Part shown: piece after piece, positions 1-8,752 of the stretch
How the letters are laid out: every line of letters begins with the position of its first letter
Position numbering within the stretch: the first letter of the stretch is position 1
NCBI GenBank assembly: GCA_964354495.1
Contig: CAYHAA010000007.1
Coordinates: 60,001-92,000, forward strand
DNA length: 32,000 nt
Source of the DNA: an uncultured archaeon
GTDB taxonomy: Archaea > Asgardarchaeota > Thorarchaeia > Thorarchaeales > Thorarchaeaceae
Direction: 5' to 3'
Program-made: the position numbers and the translations under genes
Notes under the pieces: generated by a model
Told to the model about the DNA's origin: nothing
The model's input: the letters and a program-made list of their open reading frames with translations, nothing else
Databases searched by the model: none

Positions 1-1
1 G

Positions 2-916
2 GAGGATATTCCTCCCGGCTGTGGTTTCTGCAGTGTTCCGAGTACATGGGGGCCTCCAAGAAGCCGTTCTCCTGCCGTCATTATGCAGGAGGTGAAGGGA
101 CTGCTGGAGCTTGGAGTACACCGAATTGTACTTGAGTCTCCTGGATTCCTTGACTATATGCGTGGCTGTGAACCACTCACAGATCCTTGTTATCCCCCTG
201 CCAATCTTGATGCCATCCGAGACCTCCTTGGTCAACTCAATTCTCTTCCTCAACTTGTGGATGGAACAGCACACATAGCCATCGAGAACATGAAGGCCTG
301 TCTCTTCACTGAAGCGGTTGCGCTGACGTTGAATGAATCGAAGATATCAAGCTCTCCGAATATTGGCATTGAAACCGGATCCGATGAACACATGAAGGCA
401 ATTGGCAAGTGTGGAAGCTCTGGTGCCGTGCTCAATGCAGTACGTATCGCAGTGGACCATGACCTGAAACCCTTCGTGTATTTCATTTACGGATTACCGG
501 GAGAGGATGCAGAGAGCACAAAGGAATCAATCAGGATGATGCGGGCTCTCAGTGATGCTGGAGCTGAGAGAATCATTCTCTATGGTTTCAGACCTCTGCC
601 TGGGTCTGCTTTCGAGGGTTTTCCGGAGTCTTCAACTAGGGACGAGTTTGGTGCACAGCTTCGTCGCGAGGCAGAGAGAATCAACCGAGAGAAGAAGATT
701 GACTATCTTGGACGAGTCGTACAGGGGATAGCTGCTGAGCCGTCTTGGGCACAAGTTGGTTATACTATGGTATACCCCCTGCAGGAAGATCCACTCATGA
801 CAGTTCCTGGGGGTTTTTCGGCAGGCACAATGCTCAAGGTCAGAATCCAGAGGGTTCTGAGCAGCGGACTGGTAGAGGGCGAGATTGTTCCAGAGTCTGA
901 ATTTGAATCACAATAG
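2..916 (+). CDS. Radical SAM protein with C-terminal TRAM/OB-like domain (5' end outside window)
   Basis: Frame is open from position 2 (EDIPPGCGFCSVP.., the last two Cys of a CxxxCxxC motif), followed by IGIETGS, FIYGLPGE and a short beta-rich C-terminal domain. Confidence 0.8.
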   Translation, partial: EDIPPGCGFCSVPSTWGPPRSRSPAVIMQEVKGLLELGVHRIVLESPGFLDYMRGCEPLTDPCYPPANLDAIRDLLGQLNSLPQLVDGTAHIAIENMKACLFTEAVALTLNESKISSSPNIGIETGSDEHMKAIGKCGSSGAVLNAVRIAVDHDLKPFVYFIYGLPGEDAESTKESIRMMRALSDAGAERIILYGFRPLPGSAFEGFPESSTRDEFGAQLRREAERINREKKIDYLGRVVQGIAAEPSWAQVGYTMVYPLQEDPLMTVPGGFSAGTMLKVRIQRVLSSGLVEGEIVPESEFESQ

Positions 917-971
917 CTCTAGGCAAAGCTTCATATTGCTAAGGCCCTGGGAGTCAGAACGGTGGCACACC

Positions 972-1115
972 GTGGTATACACCTGTCATAACTGTCATCG
1001 AGAAGTAACCCCTGATGGTCTTAGGACACTGCCAGGCGTCAAATGTCCCTACTGCGGTGGCAGAATTCTCTACAAAGTCCGTCCGCCAGTAGTAAAACGC
1101 GTGAAGGGCGCCTGA
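972..1115 (+). CDS. rpoP: DNA-directed RNA polymerase subunit P (Rpo12)
   Basis: GTG start; MVYTCHNC..KCPYCGGRILYKVRPPVVKRVK matches the Rpo12/RPB12 zinc-ribbon pattern. Confidence 0.92.
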   Translation: MVYTCHNCHREVTPDGLRTLPGVKCPYCGGRILYKVRPPVVKRVKGA

Positions 1116-1136
1116 AGATTTCACTCTCTTTGTTCA

Positions 1137-1238
1137 TCACATCATGCCAAGAATCAACATTGTTGTTATCACAGCTGATGCAAGCAGCAGTATCAGAAGG
1201 ATGATAGAGTACACCTTCTTTCGGGTTTCACGCTTCAA
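1137..1238 (-). CDS. Putative 33-aa single-TM microprotein (not in ORF track)
   Basis: TTG start overlaps the TGA of the GET3-like gene (TTGA); GGAGG 7 nt upstream; MKRETRKKVYSIILLILLLASAVITTMLILGMM then TGA TGA. Confidence 0.7.
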   Translation of the reverse strand: MKRETRKKVYSIILLILLLASAVITTMLILGMM

Positions 1239-2257
1239 GTTCGGCCCTCCGTGTTTCCAATCAGAATCATGCCCAGCCTTGTAAGTTCTTCGATTCCCCT
1301 TATTTCTCCATCAAACAATGGAACCTCGGTGATATCGATGTCGGAGAACAGGTCTCTAATGTCTATGAGATTCGTCTGTTGCATCTCATATCGTTTTGTG
1401 CAGAACTTGCAGGATGGATTAGGAGGAACAAGCTGATTCACGACCATATTGGTGGCAGGTATGTGCCATTTGTCTAGGCTAGCGAGCAGACGTTGCGTCT
1501 CGAAGACTGCCATTGCTTCTGGAATCATGACGACAACAAACTGCGTTGTGTCCGGGTCGGAGAGTTCGATACGGGCTGTACGGATCTTATCCTTGGTCTG
1601 TTGAATCATCTCCCAGGAGCTGTCTTCTTCTTGCTTTCCGCCGCCAAACATACTTTTGAGCCCACCCATCATCGCGCTCAGCCGCTGACGAAGGGTCATC
1701 ATTTTGCCCAACCAACTATCCAGGAGGTCTGGCAACTCAAGGAGCTTCAGAGTATGACCTGTGGGTGCAGTATCGAAGATGACCCGATCATAGGAGGAGT
1801 CCTCGATGAACTCGAGTATCTTTCCGAATGCCATTGCCTCATCCGATCCGGGTGGTGTCATGCCTGTCATGTCGCCCATGAGATTCGCAGCCATCTGCGC
1901 CTCAGGACCTGCAGCTCCGGCCCCGATAATGTCTTGGAACTGCTGCATTCCCTTCTCAGTGCTTATTTCCATCGCCCAAAGATTATCGAACCCCTCGATA
2001 GGAATGACCTCTCCGCCTGACAGGTTCTGGTTGAAGCTGTCACTGAGACTATGTGCTGGATCAGTGGACAAGACTAGAGTCCGAAACCCATGTTGTGCCG
2101 AAAGCACTGCTATTGCACCAGCACAACTTGTCTTTCCGACTCCTCCTTTACCTCCCGAGAGTATGAACTTGACCGAGTCTCTGTAGATAATATCCTTGAG
2201 AGCCATTCCAAGACCTCTGAGAGGCTGATTATCTGGTCTCTCTATTAATGCTTCCAT
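1235..2257 (-). CDS. GET3/TRC40-like ArsA-family ATPase (alternative start 2206)
   Basis: GGKGGVGKT deviant Walker A, STDPAHSLSD, DTAPTGHTL, Met-rich insert, CKFC motif, single ATPase domain. Confidence 0.9.
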   Translation of the reverse strand: MEALIERPDNQPLRGLGMALKDIIYRDSVKFILSGGKGGVGKTSCAGAIAVLSAQHGFRTLVLSTDPAHSLSDSFNQNLSGGEVIPIEGFDNLWAMEISTEKGMQQFQDIIGAGAAGPEAQMAANLMGDMTGMTPPGSDEAMAFGKILEFIEDSSYDRVIFDTAPTGHTLKLLELPDLLDSWLGKMMTLRQRLSAMMGGLKSMFGGGKQEEDSSWEMIQQTKDKIRTARIELSDPDTTQFVVVMIPEAMAVFETQRLLASLDKWHIPATNMVVNQLVPPNPSCKFCTKRYEMQQTNLIDIRDLFSDIDITEVPLFDGEIRGIEELTRLGMILIGNTEGRT

Positions 2258-2372
2258 AGGTCAAAGAGGAATCCCGAATTCGGGCAAAGAGGTCCTATCA
2301 TAATAGGACAGTCACCAAAGCTTATTCAATAGGTCGAGTCACAAGAGTAAGTAATGTATTGAGGAAAGAGGA

Positions 2373-3098
2373 ATGTCGTTCCCACAAGTCCGAACCACAG
2401 CAGTCGAGTTCCCCTCTACTATCCTTGGATTACTAGGTCTAGAGATTCCAGAAGGGCTGTATCCAGCAAATCAAGAACTGGTCGGTAAGTTCAATCCCAA
2501 AGCTGTGGTCATCGTGGTCATCGACAACTTTGGGCTCTTTGAAGCAGTTGTCTACAAACCTGAGGCACTCATCAAGAATATGGAGGCTCTTGCCCTCCTC
2601 GAGACTGATGACCCCTACGCAATTCCTCTGATCAAGACTCTCTTACAAGGACCTCGTTCTGACTTTCATCTGATCAAACACATCAAAGACTGTGGTAAAG
2701 TGATCAAGATCATATGCAGGGAAGCCGACCAAGCTACTTTAGGATTTGACTCAGCGTATACGGTCACCCCGCATGATGATATGGCAACGTATATTGAGGC
2801 TACGAAGTACATCTTCAAGAGTGAGCTTCTATATCTCCACTTTTTGGACTTTGAGAGCCTCTATGCTCAGTATGGGCACAGGACCCCGCCTAAGACCCTT
2901 CTTGAGAAAATAGTTCGACGAACTGACAACTGGATAAAGGTTCTACTCAGACAGGCTCGCGATGAGACATTGTTCATTGTAATTGGCAATCATGGTCGCC
3001 ATCCAGTTCCTCTTGACTACGAAGGCAAACTGGCTGAGTGGCGTAAGGCAAACTCTCCAATCGCTATGATTTTCCAAAAACGTGCAGGACACTCCTAG
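2373..3098 (+). CDS. Alkaline phosphatase-superfamily fold protein, degenerate
   Basis: VVIVVIDNFG resembles the first metal motif; FIVIGNHG resembles TADHG. Confidence 0.5.
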   Translation: MSFPQVRTTAVEFPSTILGLLGLEIPEGLYPANQELVGKFNPKAVVIVVIDNFGLFEAVVYKPEALIKNMEALALLETDDPYAIPLIKTLLQGPRSDFHLIKHIKDCGKVIKIICREADQATLGFDSAYTVTPHDDMATYIEATKYIFKSELLYLHFLDFESLYAQYGHRTPPKTLLEKIVRRTDNWIKVLLRQARDETLFIVIGNHGRHPVPLDYEGKLAEWRKANSPIAMIFQKRAGHS

Positions 3099-3898
3099 AT
3101 CACATTGAATAGAGCTGGAATTCCGAAGGCTATTGCAATACACGCCAAGACAAGGCATAGCTTCCAGAAATTGATTCTTCTTGCCAGTCGAAGGAGCAAC
3201 TCTATCGAGGCAAGGCCAACTACAAATACAATCACCTCGACAATGACCAGATCGAACAGGCCTATACTCGTTGGTATTGTGTTGCCCGTCAGAATCTCTA
3301 GGCCAAGAATACCTACGACTGCTGGAACACTCATCAAGAAGCTGAATCTCAGTGCAGTCTCTCTGTCAACCTTCTGCATGAGTAGAGCAGATACTGTGAC
3401 ACCTGATCGGCTGAGCCCGGGCAATACTGAAGTTCCCTGAACAAGACCGGTCAGGAGTGCCTCCCTATCTGTCGGTGTCTTTACGTCAACGGAGCCTGAG
3501 CCTTTTCCTTGTCGAGTAGGGAGGTACAGTGCCAGTGCGGTAAGCAAAAGCAGCACGCCCACAAGGGCGTTGAGCACCTCTCCCTGAAAGACATTAATGC
3601 TCTGTTTCAGAAATATGTACAGAGGAATAGCGGTGACGGCAGTGGCAACTGTGGCAATGAACAATAACCGAACCAGAGCCCTGTCCTTCAGTGATATGAT
3701 ATCGAACATTATCCTAGGATAGCGTGCGACAACTGCTAGAGCAGTGCCCAAATGGAGCCACACTGCTAGGGTCAACGCTTCGTCTAGCGGTACGGCCGTG
3801 AAATTAGTGACAAAGAAGAAGACCTGTCCCTCGCTGCTGATAGGCAGCCATTCGGCAAGCCCCTGCAAGAGCGCCACTACTATCTGCCAGAGTTCCAT
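3095..3898 (-). CDS. uppP: Undecaprenyl/polyprenyl-diphosphate phosphatase (BacA/UppP)
   Basis: QGLAEWLPISSEGQ and PGLSRSGVT motifs; multiple TM segments. Confidence 0.92.
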   Translation of the reverse strand: MELWQIVVALLQGLAEWLPISSEGQVFFFVTNFTAVPLDEALTLAVWLHLGTALAVVARYPRIMFDIISLKDRALVRLLFIATVATAVTAIPLYIFLKQSINVFQGEVLNALVGVLLLLTALALYLPTRQGKGSGSVDVKTPTDREALLTGLVQGTSVLPGLSRSGVTVSALLMQKVDRETALRFSFLMSVPAVVGILGLEILTGNTIPTSIGLFDLVIVEVIVFVVGLASIELLLRLARRINFWKLCLVLACIAIAFGIPALFNVI

Positions 3899-3971
3899 GG
3901 TATCATTTCCTGCTCACAACCGACATCCAGAAGAATTAAAAAGATAGTCCACTCGACAGCAGCTCAAGTAG

Positions 3972-4643
3972 GTGTGCAAATTGGTGTTGGATCACGACAG
4001 ATTCCTCAGTTCAGAGCTTGGAAACATCACTCAGATGTTAGAGGAGCATTTTCGGGCTGCATTATCTGCTAGCAAGATGGTACATAATGCTGTAGATGAC
4101 TGGCTGGCTGGAAAGACTACCATTGCAGTCGAAGACCTCAAGGCTATCACAGCTCTTGAGGAGAAGGGCGACGACCTGAAGCACACCATACTCGTTGAAC
4201 TCGCAAAAGCAAACAGTCTGATACAGCGTGAGGATCTTCTCCGTCTTGTGCATTATAATGACAAATTGGCTGATGGTGCGGAGTGGTGCTTGTATCATTT
4301 GGCTGCTATCTCAGAGTCTTGGCGTCCTGAAGGTGAGCTTAAGGAAAAGATAGCCAAACTGAACGAGCTTGTGATAGAAGAGAACACTCAGCAGAGGGAG
4401 GCAGTGCGATTTCTGTCCATCAACATGGAAGAATCGATGAAACGAGCGGATGAGATCTGCAGACTTGAGAAACAGATTGACTCCGTTGAACGGGAGATAT
4501 TCACACTTCTGTATCCTGCCAGTATTCCGATTGCCATTCTCTTGAGGTTCCGCGACTTCATCAATATGATGGAGGACATTGCAAACTTCGGGGAAGATGC
4601 TGCAATCACAATCAGAGCTCTCTCACTCACATTGAATATGTGA
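3972..4643 (+). CDS. DUF47/PhoU-like phosphate transport regulator family protein
   Basis: LEEKGDDLK, REDLLRL..DKLADGAE and LEKQID..MEDIAN repeats, all-helical. Confidence 0.8.
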   Translation: MCKLVLDHDRFLSSELGNITQMLEEHFRAALSASKMVHNAVDDWLAGKTTIAVEDLKAITALEEKGDDLKHTILVELAKANSLIQREDLLRLVHYNDKLADGAEWCLYHLAAISESWRPEGELKEKIAKLNELVIEENTQQREAVRFLSINMEESMKRADEICRLEKQIDSVEREIFTLLYPASIPIAILLRFRDFINMMEDIANFGEDAAITIRALSLTLNM

Positions 4644-4662
4644 TACTGGCTGGTGCCGTGAA

Positions 4663-5229
4663 TTGACAGGAGAAGCCCAAGGAACTGCGACTGCAAGGCT
4701 TGTTGGTGACAGAGCGATTGTTTGGGACCCGAAGGACGGCATGCACCTCTATAACAACGGCTACTTTGGACAGCCTGTGGGCATAAGAAAACCCAAGTCA
4801 CCAGTCTTCGACAAGCCTCTTGAGCTCTCTCTTCTGGAATGTGCCTATCTAACTCGTGAGAAAAAGCTGCAGGTCTTGGACTCGAAAGATGACTGCGTTC
4901 TGAGCTTGAAAAAGATCATAAATCTGGGCTCAAAGCGGTCTAAAGATTTCAATGACCAATTCTTAGTCTATGCGCAACTTCGTGAACTAGGGTATGTCGT
5001 GCGTCCCGGTCTAAAATTTGGGACTGACTTTGCAGTCTATGAGAAGGGTCCAGGACTCGATCATGCTCCTTTTCTGGTGCATGTTATTCCCCAGAAGACT
5101 GGGGTCGTACCACTAGACATTGTCCGTGCAGGTCGTTTGGCTACGAGTGTGAGGAAGCGTTTTATCATAGCGACAGTCAAAGCGAATGGCGAAATTGCCC
5201 ACTATTCGTTTGTCTGGCATCGGCCCTGA
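4663..5229 (+). CDS. endA: tRNA-intron endonuclease (single-unit, alpha4-size)
   Basis: LELSLLECAYL, RPGLKFGTDFAVYEKGPGLDHAP with catalytic Tyr/His, and ATSVRK with catalytic Lys. Confidence 0.93.
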   Translation: MTGEAQGTATARLVGDRAIVWDPKDGMHLYNNGYFGQPVGIRKPKSPVFDKPLELSLLECAYLTREKKLQVLDSKDDCVLSLKKIINLGSKRSKDFNDQFLVYAQLRELGYVVRPGLKFGTDFAVYEKGPGLDHAPFLVHVIPQKTGVVPLDIVRAGRLATSVRKRFIIATVKANGEIAHYSFVWHRP

Positions 5230-5309
5230 GCATCCACCATCCATGAGCAAAACAAATAAGTTCACAGACGTGACATTTGCATAACATCTAGCCCCGAGGA
5301 TGAATCCTG

Positions 5310-5627
5310 ATGGCTAACAAAGCTGAAAATGCAAAGGCTTTTGGTGTGCTGTTGGCAAAAGCCTGGGAGAATACTCCCTCATTCATCTGCAGTAATGGTG
5401 ACTACATTTACTGTCTGTACCCCGCTGACGACACGAAGACTAAGTGGATTGAGGCGTCGCTTACTTTTCCGGATGCGTCCCTAGACAAGAAGCAGATTGA
5501 CCCTGTCAAGGCGATTGCGTTATTGGTTGAAGAGCTGAAGGTGTTGCCCACGTATGGAGCAGATACCATCGTCACTACAAAGGCGCAGCTCGACGAAGTC
5601 GCAGGTCGGCTAGGCACTTTGAAGTAG
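5310..5627 (+). CDS. Hypothetical protein
   Basis: Clean 105-aa ORF filling the intergenic space with protein-like composition; no family recognised. Confidence 0.7.
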   Translation: MANKAENAKAFGVLLAKAWENTPSFICSNGDYIYCLYPADDTKTKWIEASLTFPDASLDKKQIDPVKAIALLVEELKVLPTYGADTIVTTKAQLDEVAGRLGTLK

Positions 5628-5686
5628 CTTGTCTGATGATTCGAGGTCTCTTGTAGACCAGTCTAAGATGTGGATGGAACAGGAGA

Positions 5687-6496
5687 ATGCCAAAACCACT
5701 CATTGAATGTCCTTTTTGTGGCCAAGATGTCCCTAACGGGAAGTACTGCAATCTCTGTGGGAAACCTCTCACTCTCAGGGACTCTCAGAAAGTCATTGAG
5801 TCGGAGGACTCCTTCCCCGATCAAATCACTGAGACCGAGGTCCCAGAAACGGATACGCCGACTGAGCCCGCAGCTCTTCCTCACTTTGATGTGACTATTC
5901 AGGATATGCCATTTGAGGCGGCTGTAGTTCTCCTCTCAGGTGCAGAACTCATTGTTCTCGATGAGGAGCTCAAACGCATCATCGATCAGACTAAAGCAAC
6001 TCGACAAGCACTGCAACTTCAACAGGCTGACAAAGGTGTGCTAACAGCGCGAGCAGAGGTTCTTCGAGAGGAATTCGAACGCGCCAAGCAACGACGTCAT
6101 GAACTAATCATGGTGAAGGAAAAACTGCCCCTCGAAACAATCTTGGAGAATCTTGACAGACACGAAGCGAGGCTCTCCAAACTTGAGGGTGTCGCGGGGA
6201 CTCTTGACAAAGATGTTTACGAGGAACAGCGAACTGAAATACTTCAGACCATCAAAGCCCTCCGTACAAGCCTGAAGGATGCAATCAAGACTGGAAATAG
6301 GTGGTCGAAGGGAATCAAGTACACTCTGAAGACACTCCAGAAGGAGACCAGTCGACTTGAAGCTAAGTTCAAAATCGGGGATATCTCAAGAGAGACGTAT
6401 GAGTCGTCAAGGGCAAGACTGGAACGGGGAATCCGCATTCTTGAAGGCGGCCAAAAGAAGCTAGATGAATTACTAAGTCAAACAAAGAATAGATGA
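5687..6496 (+). CDS. Double zinc-ribbon plus CdvA-like coiled-coil protein
   Basis: CPFC..YCNLCG N-terminus, acidic/Pro linker, long heptad coiled coil, LEAKFKIGDISRETYE motif. Confidence 0.55.
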   Translation: MPKPLIECPFCGQDVPNGKYCNLCGKPLTLRDSQKVIESEDSFPDQITETEVPETDTPTEPAALPHFDVTIQDMPFEAAVVLLSGAELIVLDEELKRIIDQTKATRQALQLQQADKGVLTARAEVLREEFERAKQRRHELIMVKEKLPLETILENLDRHEARLSKLEGVAGTLDKDVYEEQRTEILQTIKALRTSLKDAIKTGNRWSKGIKYTLKTLQKETSRLEAKFKIGDISRETYESSRARLERGIRILEGGQKKLDELLSQTKNR

Positions 6497-6834
6497 AACA
6501 ACGAAGAAGCATGATCTTGGAGCGAAATGGAATGGCAACAGGTTATGTGGAATGTAGTGCACTCTGTAGGAACTTTAGATGTGAGAAGAAACCCTTTGCT
6601 CTAAAGATAGTCCAAAAGGGGAACAAGAAGACAGTTTGGTGCATGTGGATTGATGAGGACTGTGATGGTGCATGGTGCCAGTTCTCAAAATGCGTGGAGC
6701 GTCGAATGACTGAAGATGGCAAATGCAAGCCTCCGGCACAAAAAACCAAGCCTGTGGTTGACATGGGACCGGAGGATGAATACCCCGACGCAATTCCAAG
6801 AGATATCGCAAAGAAACTTAGGAGTAAGGTATGA
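6493..6834 (+). CDS. Cys-rich conserved hypothetical protein
   Basis: ATGA overlap with upstream gene; eight Cys (CSALCRNFRC..WC..DC..WC..KC..KC). Confidence 0.7.
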   Translation: MKQRRSMILERNGMATGYVECSALCRNFRCEKKPFALKIVQKGNKKTVWCMWIDEDCDGAWCQFSKCVERRMTEDGKCKPPAQKTKPVVDMGPEDEYPDAIPRDIAKKLRSKV

Positions 6835-6917
6835 CCTCTGCAACGCGCATTCTTGCAGAGCCCGTAATGTCTATAAGTAGCAGGAATTTTCTCTTAGTGG
6901 TGCAAAGGTGAATAACC

Positions 6918-7043
6918 ATGTTTGAGGAAATCCGTCCTGGGATGCGAGCGCTCATCTACTTCATGATTGGAATATCATTTCTAGGTATTGGCGTACTGCT
7001 CGGACAGGCGGCCTTTGCAATCGGTTTTCTCACCTGGCCTTAG
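6918..7043 (+). CDS. Putative 41-aa membrane microprotein (not in ORF track)
   Basis: GGTGA RBS before ATG; TATAAG at 6872-6877; MFEEIRPGMRALIYFMIGISFLGIGVLLGQAAFAIGFLTWP. Confidence 0.7.
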   Translation: MFEEIRPGMRALIYFMIGISFLGIGVLLGQAAFAIGFLTWP

Positions 7044-7073
7044 AGATGGGCCTTCACACGGGGTGAATGACCC

Positions 7074-8078
7074 TTGGCCCGCCTTGACGATATTGTACAC
7101 CTGCTGCTCAGCTTTGATGGTATATCGCGGAAATTCGTCCTTCCATCCATAATTGATAAGCTGCGATTGAAATCTTTCAAGGGCAATACTCCACACGCTC
7201 TCGGAGAGGATTCTGCTGCAATCGTGACTAGCTCAAATGACGTTGTTCTCCTTACCACGGATGCCATAGTTGAAGACCTCTGCCTTGGTCACCCTCGAGC
7301 TGCAGGATTCAATGCAGTCTTGGCAAATGTCATGGATATCTATGCGGCGGGCGGCACTCCGACTTCCTTTGCCGTGGCATTATCCTATTCTGACCAGGAA
7401 ATCGGAGGCAAGATACTCGATGGCCTTATTTCTGGCTCTCACACTTTCAAGATTCCCATTGTTCGCGGTCATACCAATCCCCGATCATCATCGACTTACG
7501 TGGTGGGTTCCGCCACAGGCACTGTTCACAAGGATGACTTGCTCACAGCAGGAGGCGCCATGGTGGGAGATATCCTTGTTCTGCTTTTTGACCGAGCCGG
7601 ACGAAGAGGGGAGCACTACACGCTTGGGTGGGACTCGGTGACTGACAGACCATCCGATGAGATTGTGCGTAGGCTGACAGTCATGAACGATCTTGCCGAA
7701 CAACACATTCTATCCGCTTCCAAGGATGTCTCCGTAGCTGGTATAGTGGGAACAGCAGTAATGATGCTGGAGTATTCAGGTAAAGGGGGTACTCTCGACC
7801 TTGATGAGATTCAGATGTCAAAACCTTCAGAGATCCCTCTAGAGGATTGGCTTCGGATGTACATCTCGCTGGGTTTCCTCGTTGCCACCGGAAAAGAGCA
7901 TCTATCTCAAATTGAACGCATCGCTGAGAATCACGCTTTATCACCATGCGTAATCGGTGTGGTTGATGAATCACGAGTAGTGAAGCTCTCCATGGGCGGG
8001 GAAGAACGCGCAGTATTCGACTTTACAAAGGGCCCGGTGCTCACGCCCAAGAACGACCATGAAAGACACCTGCGTTAG
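7074..8078 (+). CDS. AIR synthase-related (PurM/ThiL/SelD superfamily) protein, methanogenesis-marker-2-like
   Basis: GEDSAAI, AVLANVMDIYAAGGTP, GHT and SKDVSVAGIVGT motifs; GGGTGA RBS before TTG. Confidence 0.75.
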   Translation: MARLDDIVHLLLSFDGISRKFVLPSIIDKLRLKSFKGNTPHALGEDSAAIVTSSNDVVLLTTDAIVEDLCLGHPRAAGFNAVLANVMDIYAAGGTPTSFAVALSYSDQEIGGKILDGLISGSHTFKIPIVRGHTNPRSSSTYVVGSATGTVHKDDLLTAGGAMVGDILVLLFDRAGRRGEHYTLGWDSVTDRPSDEIVRRLTVMNDLAEQHILSASKDVSVAGIVGTAVMMLEYSGKGGTLDLDEIQMSKPSEIPLEDWLRMYISLGFLVATGKEHLSQIERIAENHALSPCVIGVVDESRVVKLSMGGEERAVFDFTKGPVLTPKNDHERHLR

Positions 8079-8112
8079 CGTTATATTGTCCTAACACTGG
8101 TAGACTATCGAA

Positions 8113-8337
8113 GTGTCCCAGGTGTCGACTACTAAGGTATGCAGTATTATCGGTTGCTCAAAGGAATCGAAGAGGTCCTTTGCAACAGTAAGAATCATGG
8201 AGAGCATTGCCAACTCAGGTCTAAAGGTAAAGGACGCTCAGGCAAGGAAGATCCATGTCTGTGCTGATCATTGGAAGATTGTGAAGAAGGCGTTCAAGAA
8301 GGAAACCAAACCAGAGCGACTCCGTTGGGGTCATTGA
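8113..8337 (+). CDS. Small basic C2CH zinc-finger protein
   Basis: C10-x4-C15-x34-C50-x2-H53; Lys/Arg-rich. Confidence 0.7.
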   Translation: MSQVSTTKVCSIIGCSKESKRSFATVRIMESIANSGLKVKDAQARKIHVCADHWKIVKKAFKKETKPERLRWGH

Positions 8338-8392
8338 ATCAGCATCTGTGAAGGAGTTGAGTGATCTTCTGGCTAGGCTGAGGTGAATCTAA

Positions 8393-8752
8393 GTGTCCAA
8401 GAGCGGCGGTGCTAAACACGGTCTCAAACCAAATTACAAACTGTGGTTTGAATCAGGTGGAGCGTACATTTTTGGTCCCGGAGCCTGTGCCATTCTGACC
8501 GCTGTGCTTGAGGAGGGCACACTAACAAGAGGCGCTGAGAAGATTGGCATGTCCTACCGCTATGCTTGGGGTGTCATTAGGAAGATTGAGCGCAAACTTG
8601 GCACACATCTTATTGAGACCTTCAAGGGTGGAAAGACCGGTGGCGGCGGCGCTAGAGTGACCGAACAGGGACTGAAGTTCATCAAGGCCTATTCTGAATT
8701 GCACAATGCCTTTGAGGATGTCTTGAAGAAGAAAGGTTCCCTCAGTCTATGA
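8393..8752 (+). CDS. ModE N-terminal-like winged-helix transcriptional regulator
   Basis: FGPG..EEGTLTRGAEKIGMSYRYAW..GGKTGGGGARVT. Confidence 0.85.
   Translation: MSKSGGAKHGLKPNYKLWFESGGAYIFGPGACAILTAVLEEGTLTRGAEKIGMSYRYAWGVIRKIERKLGTHLIETFKGGKTGGGGARVTEQGLKFIKAYSELHNAFEDVLKKKGSLSL

Noticed and set aside
885-971. N-terminal extension of rpoP in the ORF track
   Set aside because: Overlaps the upstream gene; Rpo12 homology begins at GTG 972
7041-7076. In-frame TGA (7068) upstream of the PurM-like gene as a Sec-containing SelD N-terminus
   Set aside because: An in-frame TAG at 7041 and no start codon between it and the TGA; a good RBS supports TTG at 7074
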